A stretch of DNA of 64,000 nt from Hydrolagus colliei (lineage: Eukaryota): contig CM068757.1 of assembly GCA_035084275.1 (NCBI GenBank), positions 3,100,001 through 3,164,000 of the forward strand, in the 5' to 3' direction. Under the pieces are notes generated by a model. The model ran no database searches. It was not told the DNA's origin and was given only the letters and a program-made list of their open reading frames with translations. This document shows, piece after piece, positions 12,393 through 24,524 of this stretch; position 1 is the first letter of the stretch; each line of letters begins with the position of its first letter. A program made the position numbers and the translations under genes.

Positions 12393-12578
12393 AGCAACCA
12401 TTGAACAGAAAAAAGAGAACGTCCTACAAACCGCTCTCTGTGACTAAGTCTACCACTGGCAGAGAGGGCAGTGAGCAGGATTATTCATGTGTTTGAATAC
12501 GCATGCATGGATCTCTGCCTTCTGGCGCACCAGAATAATGCAGAGCATTCTAATTGTGTATCCTCAAGGATTGGAAGG

Positions 12579-12579
<1 letters not shown>

Positions 12580-12618
<39 letters not shown>

Positions 12619-12636
12619 CACAACAATATATATATA
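12580..12636. repeat. (TA)n microsatellite
   Basis: Directly visible. Confidence 0.95.
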
Positions 12637-13748
12637 CAACAACCATTGTAATTATTTTTTTCTCTTGCTGGTCATCAGCAAACCTTCAAACAATTACTGT
12701 TTGATGAATTCCTTTCTGTGTATAATAACTAAACTGTATGGATTTTTTTTTCCTTCCACTGCTGAATGGTATTAATAATCATGCAGTTACGCCAGTGCTG
12801 AATTGCAGTTCCCAATCTCTATCAAATCTTATTGAATTCTCACGGAGAAAAAATATTTATTGAAAGATTCAAGGAACGTAATGCTGAAGTCTTTCACACT
12901 CTTATCACAAGATTCCTCCCTCATTCTAGCTGTCCAATTCCACACAACCTCCTTCAACTGGGAGGTCTCAATCGCTGTCTTCTTCACAACCTCTGACACA
13001 GATGCCGCTCAACATTTTTGGCCCATAAGTGAAGTCATTCCGAGTCAAGACAGACAAAGTGTCTCTATTTTATTCCCTATAGGGTCATATCAAGGCTTCG
13101 TGTCTGTGAGGCACATCAATTGATATCAGATGAAACTAATCAAATATCTGGCTGGAAAATGTAACTGTCACTCAATCCCTGGGCACAAATTCACAATGAG
13201 TTGACACGAATTGAATGTTTCAGAGAATAACTAAAACCAAATTAGAATTGTGGATGTGCTTGAATGTGTTATTGCTGTAACTCGATTTCTCTTTGTAACC
13301 AATAGGAGCATTCATTTACAGTCAAAAGGAACTGTCGGCGTAGCTTGTGATCTAACTGCTCTGCTTGTATACAGCAGCCTGATCCAGGCCTGCACTGAGT
13401 GTGAGTTTGGAGCTTGGTTACACAGGATTTTCTGCACCGATTTCCCCATCACAAAGGGTTTAGAAACTTGAGAAACGTCTTGCAATACTGTGAGAACACA
13501 GATAAGATTACTGAGTGTCAAACTGAGTGCAAAATTGACAAGAATCAAGTGTTGACAGTTCATAGGCACTTTTCGCTCTTGTCACAGAAGCCTAATTAAA
13601 CTCAGGCAAATTGCTAGCTCGGTCAGGATTTATATATTTTTTAAAACTTTCACAGGCACAAAAATCTCAGCAAAGATTTTCTGCTAACGTGGATAACACA
13701 TTTGCAAAGGTTCTACTGAATTACTCCAAGAATAGGCAGTGATTGATA

Positions 13749-13850
13749 TCTGACGAAGGGTCGTGGACCCGAAATGTTGATTCACTTTCCTTTCTCCATG
13801 GATGCTGCCTGACTACTGAGTTTTCCCAGCAACTTCGGTTTTAGTTTATC
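13749..13850 (+). mobile_element. Second copy of the hammerhead-bearing short element (degenerate), with a 13-bp TSD
   Basis: GTGATTGATATCT (13739-13751) and GTGATTAATATCT (13851-13863) flank the insert. The insert reads TCTGACGAAGGGTCGTGGACCCGAAATGTTGATTCACTTTCCTTTCTCCATGGATGCTGCCTGAC... Confidence 0.72.
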
Positions 13851-16363
13851 GTGATTAATATCTATCCAACAAAATACAATTCTGACTTTCAGTGAAAACA
13901 TCTGGAATAGATGTTTATCAATCACATATGTTAATTAACCCTATGCGAGCTGTGAATAGGTTTACTTATCAGAGTGTACTCGATCGACCCAAACTTCCTT
14001 GATGCCACCATCTTGATCATTTGTTTTTGCTGGCTGAAATCTAGTCAATAGTCTGTATCCACACATTTCTTTAAAACATCTCCCAAACAGATGGACAGAA
14101 TCAGGAGGAGGCAGATCATAAATAAATCATAAGAGAAGCAATAATGCAAAGGTACAGTAGAACATGTCTTTATGCTGCATGTCATTATAGGCAATAGAAA
14201 TGCACCTTCCAGCATTGTACAGTACTTGTAATTTGCAGATTTCCTTAGGTATTGAAATATGTTCTACATTCAATTGTAAACACGAAGAATTTTATTAAAT
14301 GTGTGTAAAGTCTGCTGGACTAAACAATGCTGATTATGGCCAGTGGACTGTATCAGTATCAACTTGCAATGGATTTTCATTATCTGTTTTGTTTCATCTT
14401 ATTGCCAGGATTCACAGTTTTGCTTCTATCTATATTTCTGATAAGTTTGCTGCGAGTATGGATTTTACCTAATAAGATCCAAAGCCGCCTCATTTCTCAC
14501 AAGAGCAAACTGTTTCTCTACCAAAGTAAGCCTTTACTTTAAATCTAATGAATGGATGAGATAAGAAGTTAAGGTTGGTCTCTCAGTGGAATGACTAACT
14601 CACTACCTCATAGATTTTTTCCAGCCTTCTTATTATTGCGCTATACTGTAGTTTCTAAGTATTCCCATTTGAAATCTGTAGCTTGAACCAATTTGTCGAA
14701 GCAGTAATGAGAGGAACAGAAATGTGAAATTTCCAGAAGCCTAATCTGTGATAGTACAATGCCTCCCCCCAACCCCCATGCCTTGGAGAAAATCATGGCC
14801 ACTCAAACTGAAATGAACGGCACTTACCAAATATTTAACATAGATAGATTTTGGGAAGAGTTAATGTGCACCTGCAATTTTTTTTCACAATTCCATGCTT
14901 TTGGTGAAATCAAGCAGGCAGTCTGTTGGTAGTTATGGGTGAAACACATATGAAACACACTTACGAGAAGGTATTTCCTCCAATTGCATAGTTAAATCTC
15001 TCCCGCTATGCATCACCTTCATCTGATTTAATCACAAACTGTCTGCAGAATCACAAACTAATGTTTTTCAATCACAACGCAGGACAAGGTTAGCAGAGCA
15101 ATTTATTTTTCCGAGTCATTGCGGTGACAGTTTTTGCTACAACAGTTCCAATGACTGCAAAAAGTATATGTTTTATTTTGTCCTGCAAATGGATGTGGTG
15201 TGCGTTTGCAATGAACAGAGACCCTAGTGGTTCTATCCATTTTTAGAACTTTTGGAAAACATCTGGGCTCCAATCTGAATTCCATTAATATTGGTTTCAA
15301 TGAAATATAACGTAGCCAGTGTGACATGCACTCCGACTGCGATGGGTTTGTATTGGGCATGGGCAGATCACTGAGCTATCTAATGGATTGATGTGTGCTA
15401 ACTTTTATTACCGTACGCCAGCAGGTGGTAAGGAGTACTGTCTCGGATGCTCTGTCAGAGGTAGTCTGTCAAGAGATAAATTGACCACCAGTTGCATGAA
15501 TCACATCATGTCACATCATGCAACGTTTGGGATGCAGCCGCAAAAGCATATTTAGTGATCATTTGTGTTTTAGGAAGTGATATCACTACAGCTGTGGGCA
15601 ATGGCTGATTAGTTATTCCTTGAAAGGTAGTGAGATCTCTAATCTTGCAACAAAAAAAACAACTGTTCTCGTATTTTCTACTGCCAACAACGGCCTTACC
15701 TACTGATGCAATATATAAACGTGAGCACTCTGGAGACTGGAGGCAGATCTCCCAAGGTGAATCTTCATCTTGCCTCTGGAGGGAACCGTACCCAGAACAG
15801 CAGGAAAAACTCTGCTCCTTTGTGTACTAAGCTCCTTGGTATTCTGAGCTGCCTTTGTCACAAACTGTACCCACAGACTGGGCAGGTACTGGACAGGACT
15901 CTGATATCAGTTTCCAAGCATGAACTTGCAATCACATAGGCCACGTGTCTTGGATTCTGCCTCATAAAGCAAGACAGCACCATGTGGGTCAGAATAAAAT
16001 TTGGATGGAATTGGTTCCGAAGTATCGCGAAGGATAAATAATGCATCAGAGAAGATTTAAAGCCGAGAGTTCAACGAAGATTTGAAATTCTGTGTAATTC
16101 CCGCAGAGGCAGGCCACAACACTGTAGGGTATGCGGTGTCGCCAATCATTGGAAATAATTTCCTCTGAGCTATATTCTGTAGGGATGTTACACTTAACAT
16201 GAACCCTGATAAAGTCACACATCTTCATCACCGGAGCCAATAGATTTTTATATACCGTGCATTCAAAAATGGAGGAAATGAATTTCCTATTGGACACATT
16301 TACATAAGTGCACCGATAATTCATAGAAAGAGGCTATTGGTCCCATCTTGCCTGTCCTGAAAC

Positions 16364-16740
16364 TACAACAACAATAACAACAACAACAAAATTACATATA
16401 TAGAGTGCTTTCAAAGGACGTTCCAAAGCGCTGTACAGTCAGTGTTTCAGATCCAAGCTGCGGTCGGGATCGGGGAGGGTGGAGAGAATGGAGGGAAAGG
16501 GGGGTGACTGATGGCACGGTCGAAGAGGAGGGTCTTGATGTGGAACTTGAAGGAGGCCATGGAGGGATTGTGGGATGGAATTCCAAACATTGGGGGCAGA
16601 GTGCCTGAACGCTCGCCCACCAATGGTGGGGTGGGTGGGTTGGGGGTTGGAATAGGCCAGAGCCCGCTGAGCGGAGGGAGCAGACTGGTTGGTAGCAGGA
16701 TAGGTGGTCCCACAGGGCAAGAAAGTGGAGGGCTTTAAAG
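16364..16740 (-). mobile_element. L2 LINE 3' end with (TTG)n tail
   Basis: Minus-strand frames give GGRAFRHSAPNVWNSIP and FKFHIKTLLFDRA; (CAA)n terminus on the + strand. Confidence 0.85.
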
Positions 16741-18390
16741 GTGAAAGAGATTTCCAGCTAGTCCCACTCCCCCGCTCTTACATCATAACCCTGCAAAAAA
16801 AAAACTTCTCTTAGATAAGCAAGGTCTTCTGTCTATGATCCAATTCTAACCCAAGCATAAGCTGCGCTATCATTCATTATCACTCCAAATGTATTAAAGT
16901 CCTGTGAATCAAATAAATTTATGTGTTTTGAATGGAAATTAATAATTAAATAACTCAGTTGATATGTTCTTGGTTAGTCATTTGAGTAAATGCAGAATGC
17001 TAAGTGGCCAAAATCTAGACTGATCACAAGCAGGAAACTAGCATCTTATCTGAACAAGGATTTTAAAGGATTGTACTATTGCTCAAGCGTCATCTGAAGT
17101 AGCTAAAGGAATGGAAATTGTGTGCAAAACTTGGATGTTTAAGTGCTTCCTTTCCGTTTAAGGCAAAGTTAGTCTTAGGGATTATCGTATGGAAATTTAA
17201 ATCCATAATCCTAAACTAAAATAACAAAAAAAGAGTTAAGAATTAAGACCAGTCGAAGGACTACCTGAAAAAGGCTGAACCGAGAGATTAAAGACATGAA
17301 CATTTAAAAATTCTACTGTCCTGTATTTGGAAAAGATTAAACAGACCAGAGGAAAGTGGACGAAAGTGAGACATTATGCTTTTTTTTAGTTTTTGCTGCA
17401 ATGAAGCAAATGCACCCCATCCACCCCCCACGACCTCACACACCAGAAATATTGCAGCAGAGTTTTTAACCCCTCTCTTTATCACCCTAACACGATGTAA
17501 CTCAAGTGGAGTGTGCAGTTGCAGGACACAAACCCTGCGGTACTGAGATTGAATTAGGGTACACAGTGAAGGTGGCAGGGAGAACACTCATACAAAGTCT
17601 ACAGTGTGAACATGATTGACTAAATTGGTAGTAGACATAAATTGACAATATAACTGGAGATGTAATGGTACAATCTCAATTATTATGCTTCAACTGTTGA
17701 TATTAAGAAAAGCTACAGGACATCATAAGCAAATTGTAAAATAGGCTTCAATCAAATGGAAATTGAACAAATCAACCAGAGGCATGTATGAAACAAATCA
17801 ATTCACACTCTTCTTTTAATGACTCTCTCAGCAACTCTGTACCAAAACAACTCTTCATATTTGTATTCAGATTGTTTAAATAAAACTAGGAAATAACAGA
17901 CCTTAACAGATTATTGCATTTATAACAGATCATAACAATCTGTGCATTTGATGTGGCACCTTTCACGTCAGGAGGACATCTCAAAATGTTTCACAGAATA
18001 TACTGTATAAAGTGTAGCGACTGTATTTTTGGGCAATGGTCAGTATGGCCTCAGTCCTCAGTTCAAAGAGGGTTTGTGCAGTTCAAGGCTATTCAATAAA
18101 GCTGGAGTTACATGTTCTTGGCTTGATGCACGCAATGCTGAATAGTCCCTGCTGCCACTCAATGTCAAAGCTAAAGCAGGAATGGTAGACAATTGAATGA
18201 GACACCACAAACCGATTGTCCCCCATGTCACCAACACTCAGCAGAAAGGAAAAGAGAAAGAGAGACACACACAAAAATTTGTAATAATGGTAAATAATAA
18301 ATAAGTTCCAACTAACAGAAATAGTGTTGCCTTGCTGCCATTAACCAGTTAAACTGAGACTGAGGCTCATAGAATAGCAATAATATAAGA

Positions 18391-18713
18391 AATAATAATA
18401 ATAATACTCCTTGTATTTGATATAGTGCTTTTTATGTCTTCTAGACGTCACAAAGCGCTTCACAGAATATACTGTAAAGTGAATTGACTTGAATTTGTGG
18501 GCAAAATGCGACAGCCAGTTGTGGACAGCAGTGTCCCACAAACAGTCAAGGATTGAAATAACAAATTTTATTATTGTGTTTTTTGTGGGGAGGGATTATT
18601 ATTAGGCACGTAGAGTAAGGAAACTTGCCCAAAGTTTTGCCCTGACCTGCCGGATTCGGACACAGGTCTCACTCTTGTCAGACCAGTGCTCTAACCATTG
18701 AGCTCCAGGATTC
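18391..18713 (-). mobile_element. Full-length SINE copy
   Basis: Tail, body and tRNA-like head are all present in reverse orientation. Confidence 0.88.
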
Positions 18714-19059
18714 TAATATCAGGAACAGCTTGCATTGATGCAGTACCATTCATGCAAATGAATGTCTCAAGCCACTCGACAAACAGAGGGGAGGGTATCT
18801 GAAAAGGGAAGTGACAGTTGTGAGAATACCAGATCAATAGAAACACAATGGACACCTTAATGAAGAGCAAAGCCTAGCTGCAGTGCAGCCCAATTGAAAT
18901 GATTGAGATCAATCAATATGATTTGCTGTATGAACAAAACAAAGTCATTCAAAAAAGGACAAATTATTAATGATTCCATTAAACTGCAAACATCTCAAAC
19001 TCAAGGTGGATCTATGATAACCCCAGGTCCAATCATATTAGATTGCATGAGCTAAAACA

Positions 19060-19200
19060 GTTTGCACAAAGCAATGTTCCACAAACAGCCACAAGCAATT
19101 TGATTTGGGAGATTGTTATCTATAATACAAGGAGAAGCTCCCTTCTCTTTTTGAATAGTGTCACGGGAACTTTTAACATCCAACTGAACAGGCAGATAAT
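19060..19200 (-). mobile_element. Deu-domain SINE fragment
   Basis: CCACAAACAGC...TTTGAATAGTGTCACGGGAACTTTTAACATCCAACTGAACAGGCAGA. Confidence 0.55.
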
Positions 19201-20184
19201 ATGTACAAAAGCACTGAGATAGTTAATTGAATTGGAATTTTAATTGACAACAAAACTGCACAATGCCTCAATGGACCATCTACACCAATTTATTCATATT
19301 GAACTGCAGAGATGCAAGACATTTACCAATGAACTCAAGTAAATTGAATCAATAGCAATAAAAACTTTACAAGAAAAATGATAGTTGCTTTATTAGAAAT
19401 TACTGGTAAGAGAAAATAAATTCAGGCGTGAAGCCTGTGGGCAGTGCAACTGTATTAAACATTGTCGTGAAAATACGGGCACTTTAACAGCATCACAACG
19501 TTAAACCAGATTGCATGCCAGTATGTGTTCAAACCCTAGTGTGAAAATTATGTCAGGCTTTATTGGTTCTGCCAGTTTTGGAAATCTAAATTAGCTCTGT
19601 GCTTACAAGCAGGAATTTCTGTTCTCCTTAAGTGGAATTTCTGATGACAGTGCACTTTTAAATTGAATAATTAGTGGAAACTCCAGACAGCAAGATTGTG
19701 AGCAATGAGAAGACAGGGCAATCTGGAACAAATCAATTTGCTGGCGAATATAGTAACTATCTCTCCTGTAAATAGACAAAAAGGGACAAAAAGAATATGC
19801 TGACCCACTGGAAATGTTAAAATGAAATTGAAACCATTTAAAAATAACTTGAACCCCCCAAAAAAATACAATGTAACCAAATGAAAATGATTTGAATGAC
19901 TAGAAAAATACTGAGGCTTCAGACTGAACCAAATCTAATCACTATCCACCTCTAAACAGAGGATAATTTTATCAACAGAACTTCCCTAGCTTCAGTGCTG
20001 TTGAGGATTCTAAACCCCAAGGTGCGAATCACGTAATCACCACTCCACAGTGATTAATGTATATAATGTTGTGAACAGAAACCTTTTAAGATAGTGAAAC
20101 ACAAATATATTGTTACTAAAACTGCTGGGGTTTTTAACGCACTGAACAATACAGTCTCTATGCTACATTAACTGCCACTGACTA

Positions 20185-20610
20185 TTCAGTGCCTTGGGAT
20201 GTCCTTCCGATGTGGAAGGAGCTATACAAATGTAATTTTGTATTGTATGTTTCACCCACAAAATAAACAGTCAAACAACTTTCCACTATATTCAGGGAAG
20301 TGCTTTGAGACGCCTCGATGATGTAGTAAGGCGCTATATCGAATAGTACGATACAATTTGTATTTATATAGTACCTTTCACATCCGTGATGTCTCAAAAT
20401 GCATCACACTGTTGACTGGGTTCTCAAACTGGGTAGGGGTGGGTGGAAGCTAAAGAGATTGGGGAGAGGAACGATGACTGAAAGCCCAGTCAAAGAGCTC
20501 AAACTGAGGCAGGCTTTGAACATCAGGAAGGGAGGAAAATCAAGGCTGAGGCAGGCTTAGAACATGAGGGGAAGAAGTGAGTAGGAGTGAAGAAGTTCCA
20601 GAGAGTGGAT
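20185..20610. mobile_element. Cluster of SINE/L2 tail fragments in both orientations plus an old L2 remnant
   Basis: Plus tails at about 20185-20245 and 20270-20345; minus tail from about 20355 running into purine-rich L2-like sequence. Confidence 0.6.
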
Positions 20611-22473
20611 TTTATCTTCCTTTCCATGTTTGTGCCTCGGAATTTCCCAGTTGACTGAGATCAAACAGCGTTTTGGATGAAACAGACCCTTAAGCCAATT
20701 AAATGCTTAATTTGCTTGCAGATTATCAGTCCTATTGTCTTTGCAGTGTGTTAGTTTCTGCTGGAATCACCCACTTCCCTGGTAACCTGTTCTGGTTGTG
20801 CTATGTTAGGTGAATAATTGTTTTTAGTGATTTTCATATAAAATAACAATTTCCATCCATATAGCACACAGCACATATATACAAAGACAACAACAGAAAG
20901 CAGTTATATGAAATTATGTTTTTTTCTATTGGAAAAAGTAATAAGTGCAAATAACAGGTCAGTTTCAAAAATGTCCAAAAATAATTTTTTCCAAGAAAAC
21001 ATTTGTTGGGTTGAAATTTCATAACGTATGAAATGCAATTTGAAATGCTACAGATTTCATCCCCTTTTCTTCCAAAAAATATAAATTTGAATAAACAACC
21101 CATTAGAATTCTCTTATGATAGAACAAATCAGGTTTGTGTAAAAATGTTTTCATGTTCCTGTGCTATGCTGAATCAGTTAGAGTAGCTTTTCTGGTTCTC
21201 AATAGCTCATCTCTTCACTGCCTCCTGTGATCTTTGATTTGGAGAAGTCATTAACACACATAACTTCAGATTCCGGCATGTATCTTTGCCTCAAGCTAAA
21301 GTTGTTGGGACAATTCAAAGGCGCTGTGAAGTCTTTATTATGCATTAAGTGAAGTCCTAGGAAAGGATGAACCTAAAAGCCTAATGTATGAATGCAAGCA
21401 ATTTTCTTAGACAGGAACTCCATTGCCACTAAAATGCTGTCACTTCCAACTTTTTACAGCACATCATGCCAGTGTCCCAGAAGCCAGATGTTTGCACAAT
21501 CATATTTCTATGATCCATCATTCTGTAAATGTTACCTGTGGCGAATCTTTGGTAAACAATATTCAAAGAGAATAGCTGTAACTCTCATCAGAAATACTAT
21601 AATATTAGCCATGTTTTCTTTTGAGAATTGTTCTGTTAAAGCAGGAATCTGCTGTCACAAGTGATCTGTTGACAAAACCTGGGATCCTTTTCCCTGCGTA
21701 ATTTAGAATAAGTAGATACCGTCCATTTGAAATTTGGTGTTTGTTTTAGAACTCAGCTTTTGAATTCATATCACGTCTAATGAATATATATAGATATATC
21801 TATATATACAGTAATGGGAATATTCTTAAAATGTGTTCATATGCGATTGACGGTTTCATCAATCATACTGATACTTTATGGTTCTTTTAAAAATATGAAG
21901 GAGATATACTGCTATGTGTCAACGGTAACATTGGGGGAACTGTAGCAGATTGACAACAACTGTGCAGCTGTAAGTTCTTAAACACTGAATTGGTACTATT
22001 ATTCCAATTCAGCAATTTTCCCGAAGGAGCAATTTGTTTTTACACACAACCTGCCAGGCAAAAGTGCCAAAGTTCATCCAGCAACCGAGGTTAGCTTGCT
22101 AGGCGTGGAATAAGCAACACTACACATAATTTAATTGGAGATCGGTGGCGACATCTGTTCAGCACTAAATCTAATTCAAGACTTGCTTTTGTGATGACTT
22201 TGGTGAAACTTGATCTTTCATGATGTAAAATTTGCAAACGCGTTGAAACGGGTGCAGGATGACGCAGTGTGCTAAGCGGCGGCGGACGCAGGTGAAACTT
22301 TATTGTTATGAGGTAAACTGAGTACGGACACCACAGGATTGATTACATCGGTGGGTATAGCAGCGTGAAGCTCAAGCTCATGTTCATAGAATAAATCACC
22401 TAATTGCTTGGAGCTCAGTTTGGATCCAATGGGACAGCTAGAGAAGGAAATAAAATACCCAGTGAAACTATTC

Positions 22474-22760
22474 TAATAATAATAATCCTTGTATTTGATG
22501 AAGCGCTTTTCACATCTTCTAGACATCTCAAAGCGTTTCACAGAATGTACTGTAAAGTGAATTGACAGTACAATTGCGCACAATGACGACCCACAAACAG
22601 CCGTGGATTGAAATGACCAATTTATTATTGCTTTACGTTCGAGGGATTACTATCAGGTGTGTGGAGTTAGGAAACTTACCCAAGGTTTCGCCCTGGCCAG
22701 GAAACAAACCCAGGTCACTCGCTTGCGAGATGAGTATTCTAACCAGTGAGCTACAGGATT
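22474..22760 (-). mobile_element. SINE copy with an internal deletion
   Basis: Tail and head present; part of the body missing relative to the 10846 copy. Confidence 0.82.
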
Positions 22761-23711
22761 GAGGCATCTCGACCGTGTGATAAGCCGCTATCCCAAATGC
22801 AAGGATTGTTATGGTGTGGAAAGCAGGCCGAATGAATCTGAATGAAGAATTTCAGATAAGCAAATCGAGGGGACGCTGATGAAAACTCGGACCCCCATGG
22901 AAGTCAGTCCAGAAGTTCACAGCTTGCTAACAGACTCAAAATTCAAGAGTAAAAGAAGACTGGGCTACCGGCTAGGATTCTTGGGAAATAGACAGACCTG
23001 GCACAATGGGATAATACTATTCCAATCTGTTGGTCGTCACTGGATTTATTCACTGACATAGCTAAACCAGCACAAATGGCATTTACAATGGTTAACAGTT
23101 GGGGACATGTTGAGTTGTATGAAGGTGATACAAGCAATCAAAGGGGAATAAGTGCACAAATCCAGGCGCTATGTAACAGGATGGCAGCTTTGTGTTTTAT
23201 TTTTCTGGATGAGAACATTTTCTTTCACAGCAAATATCATTTTGCAAGGTTAACCTTCTTTGAAGAAGAGAAGCAGGTAGGGATGTAGAGAAATAGAAAA
23301 TGAAAATCCAGAGTTAGGGCTAAAGAAGGAATTGTCAGGACAGGTAACAGAGTCTGATGCTTGGTAATTCTTTTATATTTGTATAACAATGACTCTGATA
23401 TATTGCGCAGAGTGCTGCTGTTCACTGGCTTTCATGTTAGAAATAAAAATGTAAAATTTTAAATTGAAAAAAAATGCTTGTAATGAAAGTACCTCTGTCA
23501 TGTCTGTTTGGGTCACCTATCAATTTGATTAGAGCAGCTTTGATAGGAAAATGGAAGCTATTATTTTATTGGCAAAGCAGATTATGGCTAAATCAGCACA
23601 CCTACTAATTTGTAATGCAAATGAAATTAGCATGAAATGTCGTTCAGTCAAAAATATCAACCGAGATCAACATTTGACAATGATAAAGGATGAATCTCAG
23701 TTAACTGGTCC

Positions 23712-23741
23712 ACTCCCTCCCCCCCCCCCCCCACTGCCCCC

Positions 23742-23772
<31 letters not shown>

Positions 23773-23778
23773 ACACAC
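23712..23778. repeat. Poly-C tract followed by (CA)n
   Basis: Directly visible; a similar C-run plus (CA)n occurs at 27684-27727. Confidence 0.95.
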
Positions 23779-23938
23779 GTCACCTTCATCTCATCAGTAC
23801 AGTACAATATTTATACAAAATTATTTTATATTAAACACAATTTTTAACCACCTTTGAGTTTAACTACTTGATGCATTTGAATATGCAAACTCATTACTCT
23901 AACCTAGGAATGCACGTGTTGATATGAAACCTACCCAT

Positions 23939-24145
23939 GGAACCTCCTGCAGCTCAGTGCTTAGAGTACTCGCCTTACAAGCGTGAGACCTGATTTCGAA
24001 TCCAGGCAGGTCAGGGCGAAACCTTGGGCAAGTTTCCTTACTCCACACACCTAATTCAATAATAATCCCTCCAAAAAAACCCACAATAATAAAATTGGTC
24101 ATTTCAATCCACAACTGTTGTGCACAACTGGCTGCAGTGTTTTGT
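23939..24145 (+). mobile_element. SINE 5' part, truncated where the hammerhead-bearing palindrome begins
   Basis: tRNA-like head CCTGCAGCTCAGTGCTTAGAGTACTCGCCTTACAAGCG...TTCGAATCC; no tail. Confidence 0.85.
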
Positions 24146-24152
24146 CCCGGTG

Positions 24153-24273
24153 GGTCAGGCAGCATCTATGGAGAAAGGAAAAGTGAGTCAATATTTCAGG
24201 TCGAAGACCCTTCGTCAGAATCCGAATCATAGACCCAAAACATTGACTCACTTTTCCTTTCTCCATAGATGCT
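24153..24273. mobile_element. Inverted (head-to-head) dimer of the same hammerhead-bearing element, abutting a truncated SINE
   Basis: Arms 24161-24202 and 24232-24273 are reverse complements (32 bp perfect, then 3 mismatches in 10). The minus arm retains CTGACGAAGGGTCTTCGACCTGAAA. Confidence 0.75.
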
Positions 24274-24398
24274 ATTATTTGCAAGGCAGATTATATGGAC
24301 ATATCTTATTATTATCATAAAATAACCAACACTCATTCGCCAGAGTTGAAATTCTGTATAGCCCGGTTATATTAAAAAATATATCTTTGGCTAATAAA

Positions 24399-24524
24399 CT
24401 CTAAGAGAAGGAAACCCGATCATCAATCTTTCCCTCTGAATAGTTCTGCTTGACCTGCAAGTTGCTCCCAGCGATTTCTGTTTGTGTTTCAGATATCCAG
24501 CATTTTCAGTATTTTACGTTTTTG
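24399..24524 (+). mobile_element. Old, degraded relative of the same Penelope-type terminal repeat
   Basis: ...gttctgcttgacctgcaagttgctcccagcgatttctgtttgtgtttcagat... resembles the GATGCTGCCTGACCTGCTGAG...CCCAGC...GTTTT 3' part of the younger copies. The ribozyme core is eroded. Confidence 0.45.

Noticed and set aside
21785-21808. Perfect 24-bp palindrome TATATATAGATATATCTATATATA
   Set aside because: Essentially a (TA)n microsatellite; palindromy is expected.
23551-23847. Polyproline/HT-repeat ORF; likewise the Pro/Leu/Ser-rich ORFs at 34140-34549
   Set aside because: These are translations of poly-C, (CA)n and polypyrimidine tracts.
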